Part shown: one piece after another, positions 1 to 13,224 of the stretch
Layout: every line of letters starts with the position of its first letter
Position numbering within the stretch: the first letter of the stretch is position 1
Source: Octopus sinensis
Taxonomy: Eukaryota
Length of the DNA stretch: 64,000 nucleotides
Direction: 5' to 3'
NCBI RefSeq assembly: GCF_006345805.1
Contig: NC_043014.1
Span: 42,284,001-42,348,000, forward strand
Program-made: the position numbers and the translations under genes
Notes under the pieces: generated by a model
The model's input: the letters and a program-made list of their open reading frames with translations, nothing else
Databases searched by the model: none
What the model was told of the DNA's origin: nothing

Positions 1-57
1 CTGACCCCAGTACTTGATTGGTACTTGAAAGGCAACATTGATGACTTTGGCAGAGTG

Positions 58-607
58 GAAGCACTCCATCGGTTACGACGACGAGGGTTCCGGTTGATCC
101 GAATCAACGGAACAGCCTGCTCATGAAATTAACGTGTAAGTGGCTGAGCACTCCACAGACACGTGTACCTTTAACGTAGTTCTCGGGGATATTCAGCGTG
201 ACACAGAGAGTGACAAGGCCGGCCCCTTGAAATACAGGTACAACAGAAACAGGAAGTAAGAGTGAGAGAAAGTTGTGGTGAAAGAGTACAGCAGGGATCA
301 CCACCACCCCCTGCTGGAGCCTCGTGGAGCTTTTAGGTGTTTTCGCTCAATAAACACTCACAACGCTCGGTCTGGGAATCGAAACCATGATCCTATGACC
401 GCAAGTACAACAGAAACAGGAAGTAAGAGTGAGAGAAAGTTGTGGTGAAAGAGTACAGCAGGGATCACCACCATCCCCTGCTGGAGCCTCGTGGAGCTTT
501 TAGGTGTTTTCGCTCAATAAACACTCACAACGCCCGGTCTGGGAATCGAAACCGCGATCCTATGACCGCGAGTCCGCTGCCCTAACCACTGGGCCATTGC
601 GCCTCCA
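58..607 (-). mobile_element. SINE-C (tRNA-derived head) with internal 167-bp tandem duplication
   Basis: Minus strand starts GGAGGCGCAATGGCCCAGTGG (A box) ... GGTTTCGATTCCC (B box). Segment 238-404 is repeated at 405-571. Homologous heads at 9565, 21896 and 40958. Confidence 0.8.
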
Positions 608-1530
608 CACTATGGCAGAATTAGAACACAGAACATAAAGAGTTTGGAACGGAACACCAACCACAGGGCATTTTGTATGGCACTCTACCGATTCTGTCAG
701 TCCGAAAGCATTAATATTATGAGAGCTAAATGGTTAAGCCTTGTAAAAAAAAAGTCACGAGTTTCATGTAATCACGTTGTTTCCTTGCTAAACAATTGTT
801 TGTGAATATTTCCTTCATTTAATCACAACAATGCAACATCGTTCCATGCCAAGTCATAATATTGTTAACTCTCCGAATCAATATATTTCAGGAGTTTTAC
901 ATTTCTGTCAATCATTTCTGCCTAACTGCTGTTATGTTAGCAAATACCTCTAACTCAGACACACACACAAACACACACACACACACACATACTCACACAC
1001 ACACACGCAAACACACACATGCACGTATGCTCACACACACATAAATATATTCATACATACACATTTTTTTTTCTCTTCACAAACGTTCATGAATTTATAA
1101 TAAATTCTATATATATAAATATATACCCAGTTCAGATGTACAAAAACAAATATATACATACATTGACACAAATACAGATAAGTAAATATACCTGTAGTCA
1201 CATATATATACACATGTACACGGATATGAAATAAATTATATGTAAAAATCATACAGATAAAGAAGGAAAGGAAAACTTGATAAATGCACCCATTTATTTT
1301 TTATTTGCATACATCGCAAACCCAGCTGCTAACCATGAACTATAAAAGAACTTTTTTTTCAACTTACTGAACTTCAATGTGGTTAAAATTTACAACCTCC
1401 TATGTCAACAAACCACTATAGTTCCTGAATGTTTGTTTTTTATACATTCTCCAGACTGCTGCTCAAAGCTTACTGACTTCCTACACCTTGCTCCTTGGAT
1501 CTTACTTTTACATATTACTATATGTATATA

Positions 1531-2815
1531 TCATCATGGCTCGGCTTCGCGAATGAAGATCAGGAAGGCTGTCCACGTCGCGTGCATGCACTCTCATTTC
1601 TAACAAGTCCAATATGGGAAAGGCAGGTCCGTGAGCAGTGTCCACAGATGAAGGTAACATCTGGTGTGGTGTCAGAGGTGGCTCACACCTTCCTCCTGTG
1701 TCTCTTGTCTTTAAGCGCGTCTCTTCTTTGTTCTTCAAACTCGCTGACTGCGTTGAAGATCATGTGGCACCAGACATCACGGTCCGTAACCAGCATTGGT
1801 GGTCAATATGACATGCTGTTAGAGACTTCTTGAAGCAGTCTTTGTAGCGCTTCCTTGGAGCTCCTCTCACACGGTGGCCGGTGGAGAGTTCACCAAACAG
1901 GGTAATCTTAGGAAGGCAATGGTTCTCCATTCTGGAGACATGCCTTGCCCATCGGTGGTGGGACTTCAGTAGCATGGCTTCAATGCTGGGGATCTCGGCC
2001 CGCTCCAAGACTTCAATGTTTGTGATGAAGTCACACCCTTGTATGTTGAGGATTGTGTGGAGACTTCGCTGGTGGAAGCGCTCAAGGAGACGGATGTGAC
2101 TGCAGTAAGTGATCCAGGTCTCTGAGCCATAGAGAAGAGTGGTGAGAACCACGGCCCTGTAGACACTGATCTTTGTTTTGTTCTTCAGGTTATTATTGTG
2201 CCAAACACGTTTGTACAATCTGCCAAAGGACCTATTTGCCTTAGAGAGTCTATTTTCAATTTCTTTGCCGATCCTTGCATCAAATGAGATGATGCAGCCC
2301 AGGTATGTAAACTGCTGTGTTGATTTCAGTCTGGTACCACAGATAGTGATGTGGGGTGGACGGTATTCTTCTTGGGATGTAGGTTGGTGAAGTACCTTCG
2401 TCTTCTTGAGGCTGACCTCCAGGCCAAAGAGCCGCGAGGCGTCTGCAAAGTAGGATGTGATGCGCTGCAGAGCTCGCTCTGTGTGGGTGACAAGGACAGT
2501 GTCTGCAAGAGAAGGTCTCGGATCAGCCTCTCCTTGGTCTTGGTGTGGGCTTAGAGGTGCCGTAGATTGAAGAGGCTGCCATCCAGACGATACCTGACAT
2601 ACACCCCATTCTCATCCTCATCCTCCATATCTTCAGTTGCATGCTTGATCATCATGCTGAAGATGCTGAAGAGAGTTGGTGCCAGGACACAACCCTGCTT
2701 CACGCTGTTGGAGATGGGGAAGGGCTCCAAACAGGTCACCGTTGAGTCTGATCTGACCATCCAGAAGAGTCGCAGGAGATTCTGAAGTCGTCTGGAGGAG
2801 GCTGTGGTTGAAGCC
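1531..2815 (-). pseudogene. 5'-truncated RTE-clade LINE, ORF2 RT and C-terminus, frameshifted
   Basis: ORFs 2551-2817 (GVKQGCVLAP-like SVKQGCVLAPTLFSIF) and 1760-2218 (LLYGSETW, RWARHVSRM, GAPRKRYKD). Hand translation gives a terminal CGHCSRTCLSHIGL motif, then a (GAT) tail at about 1531. Confidence 0.92.
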
Positions 2816-3150
2816 AATGGTGATTTTATGGAATAAATTTTCTCTTTAGTATTTCAAGATATTTTTATGTAATTTTGGTAAATATATCTGTTAAAATTTT
2901 TATGCGTTTGATGCGCAAGCTTTATGAAGTATCTAAACGCTGTTGGTTACTGGTGAGCGCCATTATGTAGCACTCTCTGTTCCTATCCATTTTTCCCCCC
3001 TTTCTTTCGCTAGTTTTTCTGCTTCTCTTTCCTTTTCTTCTTCTCCACTATTTCCTTCCTCCTCTTAATGTTTTCCTTCTCTTTCTTTCGCCTGTAACAA
3101 CTAAATTGTATAAGCACATGCCAGGAGATTTTGTGCGCGTACATATGTAT

Positions 3151-3557
3151 ACTCTTACTCTTTTTACTCTTTTACTTGCTTCAGTCATTTGACTGCGGCC
3201 ATGCTGGGGCACCGCCTTCAATCGAGCAACTCGACCCCCGGGACTTATTCTTTTGTACTTATTCTATAGGTCTCTTTTGCCGAACCGCTAAGTAACGGCG
3301 ACATAAACACACCAGCATCGGTTGTCAAGCAATGCTAGGGGGACAAACACAGACACACACAAACACACACATACATATATATATACATATATACGGCAGG
3401 CTTCTTTCAGTTTCCGTCTACCAAATCCACTCACAAGGCTTTGGTCGGCCCGAGGCTATAGTAGAAGACACTTGCTCAAGGTGCCACGCAGTGGGACTGA
3501 ACCCGGAACCATGTGGCCGGTAAACAAGCTACTTACCACACAGCCACTCCTGCGCCT
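3151..3557 (-). mobile_element. SINE-A, full length (tRNA head + CORE-like left monomer, (TA/TG)n linker, right monomer)
   Basis: Head AGGCGCAGGAGTGGCTGTGTGG, B box GGTTCAGTCCC, CCTTGAGCAAGT (CCTTGGGCAAGT in other copies), tail (AGTAAAAG)n. More than 12 copies in the window. Confidence 0.9.
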
Positions 3558-4080
3558 ATATGCATTTGTATATACATTTATGTCTCACCTATATATGTCT
3601 GTATATGTATGTAGCTATGTACATGCATCTATATGTTTTAGTGTATATATGTATATTATAAATGGTTTAGTATGTGCATATGCTGCTAAATATATTTGTA
3701 AACCAATGTGAAAATTTTTTAAATGGATATAACTTTTAATGTATTAATTGATTAATATTTTACAAATAATTATATACCCTAGGTATTTAGACTCTATCCT
3801 TTTATAAGCCTTTTTGATTTAAGGTTTTCTTTGATTTTATAATAAGATGATTTTATACCCAAATTTGTTCATTGCATGCAACCAGTCATTGTAAAGGCCG
3901 TTAGCTGAAAGGACCAATGAAACAAAACTATTTTCAAATGTGTATCCATTAAACTAATTGTATATGTTTGGTTATAACCGTAATTTTGTTCCATTCTGTT
4001 CCATTTTGTTCAATTGGAATGTGAAACTCTGAGTAACAGTTTTTGTGATATTTTTGCTGCTTTTTAATAATGTATATATA

Positions 4081-4585
4081 TATGTATGTATGTATGTATT
4101 TGTGTCTGTGTTTGTCCTCCCACTATCGCTTGACAACCAGTGTTAGTGTGTTTACATCCCCGTAACTTAGCGATTCAGCAAATGAGGCCGATCGAATAAG
4201 TACAAGGCTTACAAAGAATTAGTCCTGGGGTTGTTTTGTTCAACTAAAGGTGGTGCTCTAGCATGTCTGCTGTCAAATGACTGAAACAAGTAAAAAAGTA
4301 TATGTGTATTTATATATATGTATATATATGTATATATATATATGTATGTATGTATGTATTTGTGTCTGTGTTTGTCCTCCCACTATCGCTTGACAACCAG
4401 TGTTAGTGTGTTTACATCCCCGTAACTTAGCGATTCAGCAAATGAGGCCGATCGAATAAGTACAAGGCTTACAAAGAATTAGTCCTGGGGTTGTTTTGTT
4501 CAACTAAAGGTGGTGCTCTAGCATGTCTGCTGTCAAATGACTGAAACAAGTAAAAAAGTATATGTGTATTTATATATATGTATAT
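4081..4585 (+). repeat. Near-exact 260-bp tandem duplication of a diverged SINE-A right monomer
   Basis: 4081-4340 is repeated from 4341; both copies share the same private substitutions. Confidence 0.9.
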
Positions 4586-4746
4586 ATATATATATATATA
4601 ATATATATATATATATTATTTTGCACATTACTTAATCATTGTTATTTGTTTTATCCTATATTTAATCTTTCTATAAGATGTAATTTTTCTAAATGGTATA
4701 ATTTAATTTTTCATTATTGAATTGATGAAAGGTGGTTTTTTTTCTA

Positions 4747-4780
<34 letters not shown>

Positions 4781-5323
4781 TGAAATTTGATTTAGTATTT
4801 CTAAATTGAATTTTTCCCTGTAAGTTTGGAATAATATTCCCTCATATTATTATATAAGGGAATATATTCCAAGACTATTGAAAAGGTTGCAAGACCCAAC
4901 GATAATTTTAGGAAAATAAAAAGACAAAATAAGTGGAAATTTTACCGGTGAGTGTGTTAAATAATAAGGTACTAAAAGAGAATGACTCTCCCCAGACACA
5001 ACAGAATATGCTTCAACACACGAACACATATAAAGAATCTTGCAAACCAAATCCAAAAACGAAATATATATATATAAATATAATAATAAATATAAGAGAG
5101 TGGTCACTATGTGGCTCACTCTAGCACTAGTAATAGATCCAATAGGTTTCATTAAATTAGTATCTAATTCTCTCACCCTTATTAATTAATTATATATAAA
5201 TATAGATATATTTATATATGTATGTATGTATGTATGTATGTAAGTATGTATGTATGCATGCATGTGTGTGTATATATGCATGCATGTGTGTGTATATATG
5301 CATGCATGTGTGTACATGTGCAT

Positions 5324-5365
<42 letters not shown>

Positions 5366-5924
5366 TTTCAGTCTCCCAGTAGTAACTGCATTGTTTCTTT
5401 GAGACCATTCTTAATTTGTCACCAATCTTCTTTTGTTTACTATACAATGGAATATCTCATAGCAATGTTATTATTGAAGCATTCCTACATGTTTTTACTA
5501 ATATCCATATATCAGATACCACTGGAAAACAGTCCTTTATATATATATTCAATGTCCCCTCTTCTTCATAAACAATAAGAGCAATTCAATTAAAGTGAAT
5601 GAACGGAATGAATACGATTGGCTAAAAATGTAGGTGGAAAGCTCCCTTCCTCCCAAACATAACATTGTTCATAACATTGAAATAATAATTTCTGTGTACC
5701 AAGCACAAGGTCGATTAGCATATTAGATTAATTAGGAATTTCTAGTTTCATACAGTGATCGTTGATATTAGCAAGTCTTATGCTTCAAGCACTCGGAAGC
5801 GCTGTATGTGCAAACATACGTCAATGTTGATGTAGGTGTGCTAGCATGTATGAATGTGTGTTTCTATGTATGTGTGTATGTATGTATGTATGTATGTATG
5901 TATGTTTGTATTTGTATGTGTATG

Positions 5925-6139
5925 CTCTTTACTCTTTTACTCTTTTACTTGTTTCAGTCATTTGACTGTGGTCATGCTGGAGCACTGCTTTCAGTCGAGC
6001 AAATTTAACCGAGGACTTATTTTTTGCATGCTTAGTACTTGTTCCATCGGTCTCTTTTGCTGAACCGCGAAGTTACGAGGGACGTAAACACACCAGCATT
6101 GGTTGTCAAGCGATGTTGGGGGGACAAACACAGACACAC

Positions 6140-6175
<36 letters not shown>

Positions 6176-6311
6176 GATATATATATATATATATGTATAT
6201 GTATATGTATATATGTATGTATATGTATATATACATATATATATATATGATATATATATATATATATATATGTATATGTATATGTATATATGTATGTATA
6301 TGTATATATAC

Positions 6312-6348
<37 letters not shown>

Positions 6349-6406
6349 GGATATATATATATTTATAAAAAAATATATATATATACATACATATATATAT
6401 ATATAT

Positions 6407-6438
<32 letters not shown>

Positions 6439-6612
6439 ATATATACACACGATGGGCTTCTTTCAGTTTCTGTCTACAAAATCCATTCACAAGGTTTTGG
6501 TCGGCCTGAGGCTATAGTTGGAGACACTTGCCCAAGGTGCCACACAGTGGGACTGAACCCAGAACCATGTGGTTGGTAAGCAAGCTACTTACCACACAGC
6601 CACTCCTATGCT
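5925..6612 (-). mobile_element. SINE-A with linker expanded to about 300 bp of (TA)n
   Basis: Both monomers match the other copies; (TA)-rich tract at about 6140-6450. Confidence 0.9.
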
Positions 6613-6859
6613 TAAGTTTCTTTTTTATTTATGCATGTATGTATGACTGTAGGTATGCATTTATGTATGAGTGTATGTATGTATATATGTATGTGTGTAT
6701 GTATGTACATATATGTATGTGTATGTATGTATGTAGATATGTGTGTACATATGTATGTACTTACATATGCATGTATGTATATATATAGATGTGTGTATGT
6801 TATATGTATAAATACATGTATGCATGTACCTATATATGTAAAAATGTATGTATGTATGG

Positions 6860-7665
6860 TGTCATTATTCAGTTTATTTCAAGATTTCTTGCCAATAGAG
6901 AAAGAACCAGTTTCTAACCTAGATCCAAGGCTCCTTCATTGGAATTTCAACATCAACATGTATGTATGTATTTAAAGGACATTATTCAGTATATTTCAAG
7001 ATTTCTTGCCAATAGAGAAAGAACCAGTTTCTAAACTAGACCCGCTTCTTCGTTGGAATTTCAACATCAGCAACAGAGTATGTATGTATGTATGTATGTA
7101 TGTATGTGTGCAAATTTGTATGTTTTACGTAGTATTCTCATGCATATAGTTGCATATCTAGACATGCTCATATATATTTAAATGATAAACTTCTGGTTTA
7201 TAGATTTTTACAGTTTCAGTGGTGGATTGGATCTGTAGTCTATGAATTAGCTTTCTTTTTTCTGGTTTTGAGAAACCTAATTTCTCAAGATTGGTATTTA
7301 GGCAGTGTGTTACATTTCCCAGAGCCCCAATAATTACAGGTATGAACCTGAACTTGTAACTTCAGAATTCTTTATAGTTCAGCATAGGTGTTCTCTTTTT
7401 CACTGAAATTCAGCTGTATGTTAACATCCGCTGGGTAGCTAATTTCCACAACTGTGCACAGTTTCTCTTCTCTATCCCAAATCATTATATCAGGTCTGTT
7501 GTGCTTACATTTTATTGAGGTCTTCACTGGGACATTTCATCCATATTCCTTTTTATTATGAGTGGCTATAGCTTCTACCATATTCTTATTATAGAGTGTC
7601 CTAGTTACAACATCACATCTCATCGGTAGATAATACCGTGATGATAACTGGGACATGTTTGAGAA
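6860..7665 (-). pseudogene. R4/Dong-clade non-LTR retrotransposon 3' fragment (restriction-like endonuclease) with duplicated 3' tail
   Basis: Hand translation with frameshifts: KHNRPDIMIWDREEKLCTVVEISYPADVNI...EKENTYAEL...YKFRFIPVIIGALGNV. About 100-bp tail at about 6860-6960 is repeated at about 6980-7075. Flanked by (TATG)n. Confidence 0.8.
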
Positions 7666-7747
7666 TTGTGTCAGTATGTATGTATGTATGTGTATATATA
7701 TCTGTATGTATGTATGTATGTAGTATGTATGTATGAGTGTATGTATG

Positions 7748-7781
<34 letters not shown>

Positions 7782-7826
7782 TGTATGTATGTGAGAATGT
7801 AAGTATGTATGTTTATATGCATGTAT

Positions 7827-8213
7827 ACTCTTTTACTCTTTTACTTGTTTCAGTCATTTGACTGCGGCCATGCTGGAGCACCGCCTTTAATCGAGCAACT
7901 CGACTTATCTTTTGTAAGCCCAGTACTTATTCTATCGGTCTCTTTTGCCGAACCGCTAAGTGAAGGGGATGTAAACACACCAGCATCAGTTGTCAAGCAA
8001 TGCTAGGGGGACAGACACAGACACACAAACATACATATATACATATATACGACAGGCTTCTTTCAGTTTCCGTCTACCAAATCCACTCACAAGGCATTGG
8101 TCGGCCCGGGGCTATAGCAGAAGACACTTGCCCAAGGTGCCACGCAGTGGGACTGAACCCGGAACCATGTGGTTGGTTAGCAAGCTACTTACCACACAGC
8201 CACTCCTGTGCCT
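7827..8213 (-). mobile_element. SINE-A
   Basis: Both monomers, head and tail match the family. Confidence 0.9.
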
Positions 8214-8306
8214 GAATGCTATGCATGTATATAGTTATATATGAATGTATGTATTTATATATGTATGCATTTAAGTATACATGCATCTAAGTAGGTGTGC
8301 ATGTAT

Positions 8307-8670
8307 TTATTGCCTTCACCTTAGCGAAGGCAGAGGTATAGTTTTCAGTCATGTTTGTTTGTTTGTCTGTGGACGAGATATCTCAAGAACCGCTGGATGG
8401 ATTCGGATGGAACTTTCAGGGATGTTTGGCCTCATGCCTGGCATGAACTGATTGGATTGATCTGGTACTGGACAAGAATTCTAGATTACTTTTCTTGTTT
8501 TTTTTTTACTTAATTTTTGAGAGTGGTTGGGTTCATTCTTTGTATTCTCGTTTGTGAGAGCAATTGAGTTTATTTCAGATATTCTCTTTTTAAAAATCCT
8601 CTCTGGCTAATCATTAAGAGGATGCTGGTGTTGCCTTGGCAGAGATTTGTGCTCTCTGAGTGCTCTTGTT
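8307..8670 (-). mobile_element. Non-autonomous Helentron/DINE-like element (empty-site paralogue of 55201-55792)
   Basis: Reverse complement aligns to 55201-55792 minus the MITE. Subterminal hairpin GCCTTC-N8-GAAGGC and (CAAA)n near the 3' end. The class assignment is inference. Confidence 0.6.
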
Positions 8671-8694
8671 TCTGTATGTATTCATCTATGTATG

Positions 8695-8726
<32 letters not shown>

Positions 8727-9564
8727 GATGGATGGATGGATGGATGGATGGATTCGTGTATGTATGTATGTATGTATGTATGTATGTATGTACATATGTA
8801 TGTATGTACGTATTTACATATGTATGTTTGTATGTATTCATACCTGTATTGTAGCAGTTCAGCAAAAGAGACCAATAGAATAAGTACTAGGCTTACAAAG
8901 AATAAGTCCTTGGGTCAATTTGTTCATCTAAAACTCTTTAAGGCGGTGCTCCAGCATGGCCACAGTCAAACGACTGTAACAAGTAGAAGAATGAAAGAAT
9001 AAAAGAATGCAAGAATCGTAAATGCATTGCAAATAAACATTCAAACTGTTACCAGCCATCCTCATTTCCGCAAACAGAATGTTGCCAAGCTGTCAACCGC
9101 TTTTAGATAGGTCACTGGACATGGGTGAGTGGGGGTGGGGCGGGGTGGAGTGGGGTGGAGTGGGGTGGAGGAAGGGCAGGGTGAGGGGGTGAGGTTCTAG
9201 TAAAAGAATCCGAAGAATGAGAGCCAATCTGCATTAAAAGAATTTTGTAATTAGTGCCAATATGTAAGGTGGAAAAAAGAAACATGTTTGTCGTGTCTTT
9301 GGAAAAAGAATACACCTTGTTTGGTAGTTTCAATGCAGTAATCTTTTGAAAACATGTTTCCACCATGTACAAGCAGATTAACAAGATAGAGACCTGGTTT
9401 TTTTTTTTTTCCTAATACATCATATCGACCTCACCACCGCCGCCGCCACCGCCACCATTCATGAAATGTTTTCCGACCTGACAGAAGCAGTCGCTGGCCT
9501 TGTCAATGTCATCTAGTTCGGCGAACAGCTGAATGCTCGTGTTTTTGTTCATCATCATCAGTAC

Positions 9565-9910
9565 TGGAGGCGCAATGGCCCAATGGTTAGAGCAGTGGAC
9601 TCGTGGTCGGAGGATCGCGGTTTCGATTCCCAGATCGGGTGTTGTGTGTGTTTATTGAGCGAAAAACACCTAAAAGCTCCACGAGGCTCTGGAAGTGGGT
9701 GGGTGGCAACCCCTGTTGTACTCTTTCACTCCAACTTTCTCTCACTTTTTCTTCCTGTTTCTTGTCCCTGACTTCCTACACAACCGCTGAGCCTGGATGC
9801 GCATCCAGCCATTGGTGTCGGGGGTTGACCTGCTTTCTCTTCTGTGGGTCTTACGAATAGCAAAGGACCAACTTTTCAGACTTCTCCCACTACAGAGGCG
9901 CAATCTTGCA
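9565..9910 (+). mobile_element. SINE-C with alternative 3' region (tail type 2)
   Basis: Same head and body as 58-607 up to ...CTTCCTGTTTCT, then unrelated sequence. Confidence 0.75.
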
Positions 9911-9989
9911 AGCTCTGGGGTTGACCTAATCGACAAACCCCCTTCCCCAGATTTCAGGCCTTGTGCTCATATTAGAAAGGATTATTATT

Positions 9990-10277
9990 ATCATTATTAT
10001 TTATTGTCTTTGCACAGCTTCTAACACTGGAGATATACTATGGTGTCAGCTGTTCACTACTAGTGAACTAAGGTAACACCCTCTTGTTTTTCGAGCACCA
10101 TCCGGAGTATTCTAGAGGTTCCAAGTAGTGCTGTTTTCTGCAAGTGCTCCACTCTTATTTCAGCCCCTATTTATTCCATGTACTTCTCAAGATTTTTACT
10201 CACTGTTCCCAGGGCTCCAACAATTATTGGGACTACTACCACCTTTTATAGCGACCACAACTGCTTAACCTCCCAAA
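9990..10277 (-). pseudogene. Dong/R4-like retrotransposon 3' end inserted in (TAA)n
   Basis: Hand translation: VVVVPIIVGALGTVSKNLEKY...EHLQKTALLGTSRILRMVLE. (TAA)n on both sides. Confidence 0.8.
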
Positions 10278-10299
10278 CTATTATTATTATTATTTTTTA

Positions 10300-10340
<41 letters not shown>

Positions 10341-10352
10341 TTTATTTTTTTA

Positions 10353-10395
<43 letters not shown>

Positions 10396-10435
10396 CATTA
10401 TTATTATTATCATTATTATTATTATTATTATTTCT
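10278..10435. repeat. (TAT)n microsatellite
   Basis: Direct reading. Confidence 0.95.
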
Positions 10436-10449
10436 ATTTTTAGAAAGGA

Positions 10450-10816
10450 TCAGAATCGAAATCGATCAATGGAAATTGCAGATGTGTTACCAGTGCCGGT
10501 GGCATGTAAGAGATCCTTCCGTTTCACGACCGTTGCCAGCACCGCCCCGTTTCGTGTCCGTTGCCAGCCTCGCCTGGCCCTCGTGCCGGTGGCACATAAA
10601 AAGCACCATCCGTTCGTGGCCGTTTGCCAGCTCTGTCTGGCACCTGTGTGGGTGGCACGTAAAAAGCACCCACTACACTCACGGAGTGGTTGGCATTAGA
10701 AGGGCATCCAGCCGTAGAAAACTGCCAGATTTTACTGGGCCTGATGAAGCCTTCTGGCTTCACAGACCCCAGTAGAACCGTCCAACCCATGCTAGCATGG
10801 AAAACGGACGCTAAAC

Positions 10817-10849
<33 letters not shown>

Positions 10850-10850
10850 A
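10450..10850 (+). mobile_element. RTE-LINE 3'UTR repeat (RTE-tail family) ending in (GAT)n
   Basis: ...CCGTCCAACCCATGCTAGCATGGAAAACGGACGCTAAAC(GAT)n, same as the 3'UTR of the LINE at 37125-37885. Confidence 0.85.
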
Positions 10851-10923
10851 TGATGAATGATGATGATCATCATCATCATCACATCATCATCATCATCACA
10901 TCATCACCATCATCATCATCATC

Positions 10924-10959
<36 letters not shown>

Positions 10960-11079
10960 TATCATTATTATTATTATTGGTACAATCATTTTCTTCTATT
11001 TATTCCTCAGTTAAGCATAATAGTTTTAAGGTTAGAATACTTGAGAACAGTTGGGGTGGATGGGGTTGACATCAGGAGA

Positions 11080-11228
11080 AATTCTTTTCTACTCTAGGCA
11101 CAATGCCCAAAATTTTGGGGGAGGAGGGCCAGTCGATTAGATCGACCCCAGTACAAAAAATGGTACTTAATTTACCGACCTCAAAAGGATGAAAGGCAAA
11201 GTCGACCTTGGTAGCATTTGAACTCAGG
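11080..11228 (-). mobile_element. SINE-B fragment with variant tail
   Basis: GGTCGACTTTGCCTTTCATCC central domain on the minus strand. Confidence 0.7.
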
Positions 11229-11334
11229 TGGTTGTGGTGGTGATGAGGATGATGATGATGATGATGGGAGCAACAGAATCTTTTAAGACACATACAGGCC
11301 CAAATACTCGGGGCCTCTACAGGTCTTAATCTGA

Positions 11335-11892
11335 CTCTCTTTACTCTTTTACTCTTTTACCTGTTTCAGTCAGCTGACTGCGGCCATGCTGGAGCACCAC
11401 TTTTAATCGAGCAACTCGACCCCGGGACTTATCCTTTTGTAAGCCCAGTACTTATTCTATCAGTCTCTTTTGCCGAACCGTTAAGTAACGGGGACATAAA
11501 CACACCAGCATCGGTTGTCAAGCAATGCTAGGGGGACAAACACACACACACACGCACACATATCATCATCATCATCATCGTTTAACGTCCGTTTTCCACG
11601 CTAGCACGGGTTGGACGGTTTGACCGGGGTCTGGGGAGCCAGGGGCTGCCCCAGGCTCCAGTCTGATCTGGCAGTGTTTCTACAGCTGGATGCCCTTCAT
11701 AACGCCAACCACTCCGCGAGTGTAGTGGGTGCTTTTTACGTGCCACCTGCACAGGTGCCAGAGGGGTCTGGCATCAGCCACGATCGGTTACATATATATA
11801 TATACATATATACGACGGGCTTCTTTCAGTTTCCGTCTACTAAATCCACTCACAAGGCTTTGGTCGGCCCGAGGCTATAGTAGAAGACACTT
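11335..11892 (-). mobile_element. Truncated SINE-A with an RTE-tail copy (about 11565-11790) in its microsatellite linker
   Basis: Order: right monomer, (CAT)n plus RTE-tail, partial left monomer. Confidence 0.75.
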
Positions 11893-12391
11893 AAGCACAA
11901 TATATTGGTAATTTCCAGCAAAGCCGAGTTGACATACAAAGGGTACAGAGCAGTGAGTGCATGTGAAAGTGTGTATGGGTTGAAACTGTGTATGGGTTGG
12001 AGCCACAGTTAGTGTCTGATCTATAAGGCATTGCCTGAGAGACTGCCAGTTCATATAACACCAGTTCTCACTACTTAACACATTCATTGTAGCTAATTGC
12101 CAATTAGACAGCAAAGGTGACTACCACCTGTCTATATGTACATTAAAATCACTGCAGTGACAACTTATAGAGATTTCGGTGTGAGTCTGGATGTGTGTAT
12201 GTGTGTGTGTATCATACATGAATAAATATATATACACACATATACATGTATGTGTATATGCATATAATATATATACATATATATATATATATGAATGCAT
12301 GTATAAATGTACATAAATGATAAATGACGGTGATAATGATGATGATAATGATGATGATACATATGTATTTGTATATGTGTTATCTGTATTA

Positions 12392-12428
<37 letters not shown>

Positions 12429-12472
12429 CACACACACACATAAATGTATGTGCATATATATATATATATATG

Positions 12473-12518
<46 letters not shown>

Positions 12519-12689
12519 ATATAATATTATATATATATATAATTATAGATACACAACACACACACATACATGCACACATGCATACACGGATATATTCATG
12601 CATGTATATATAGATATCTATGTAGATATAGATATGCATGTGTGTATTTACACACACACACACATACACACATATATATGTATGCATAT

Positions 12690-12709
12690 GTTTATGTATG
12701 TACACATAA

Positions 12710-12743
<34 letters not shown>

Positions 12744-13156
12744 GCATATATATAGATACATATACATATATATATATACATATATACATACACACATATA
12801 CATACATGTATACATATACATATATACAAAAATGTGTGTGTGTAACATACGTATGTATGTATGTATGTATGTATGTTTGTATGTATGTATGTTTGTATGT
12901 ATGTATGTTTGTTGTGTATGTATGTATGTATGTATGTATGTATGTATGTATGTATGTATGTATGTTTGTATGTATGTATGTTTGTATGTATGCATGTATG
13001 TATGTTTGTATGTATGTATGTATGTATGTATGTTTGTATGTATGTATGTATGTTTGTATGTATGTATGTTTGTATGTTTGTATGTATGTATGTATGTTTG
13101 TACGTATGTATGTTTGTATGTATGTATGTATGTTTGTATGTATGTATGTTTGTATG

Positions 13157-13190
<34 letters not shown>

Positions 13191-13222
13191 TGTATGTATG
13201 TTTGTATGTATGTATGTATGTA
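12690..13222. repeat. (TA)n / (TATG,TTTG)n compound microsatellite
   Basis: Direct reading; source of the MYVC-type ORFs. Confidence 0.95.
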
Positions 13223-13224
13223 TA

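Noticed and set aside
540-607. tRNA-like A/B boxes at SINE heads
   Set aside because: No complete cloverleaf or terminator; they continue into SINE bodies, so not tRNA genes.
10738-10770. CTGATGA followed by hairpin AGCC-TTCT-GGCT in an RTE tail
   Set aside because: No GAAA box after the hairpin; other copies read CTGGTGCA or CTGATGCA.
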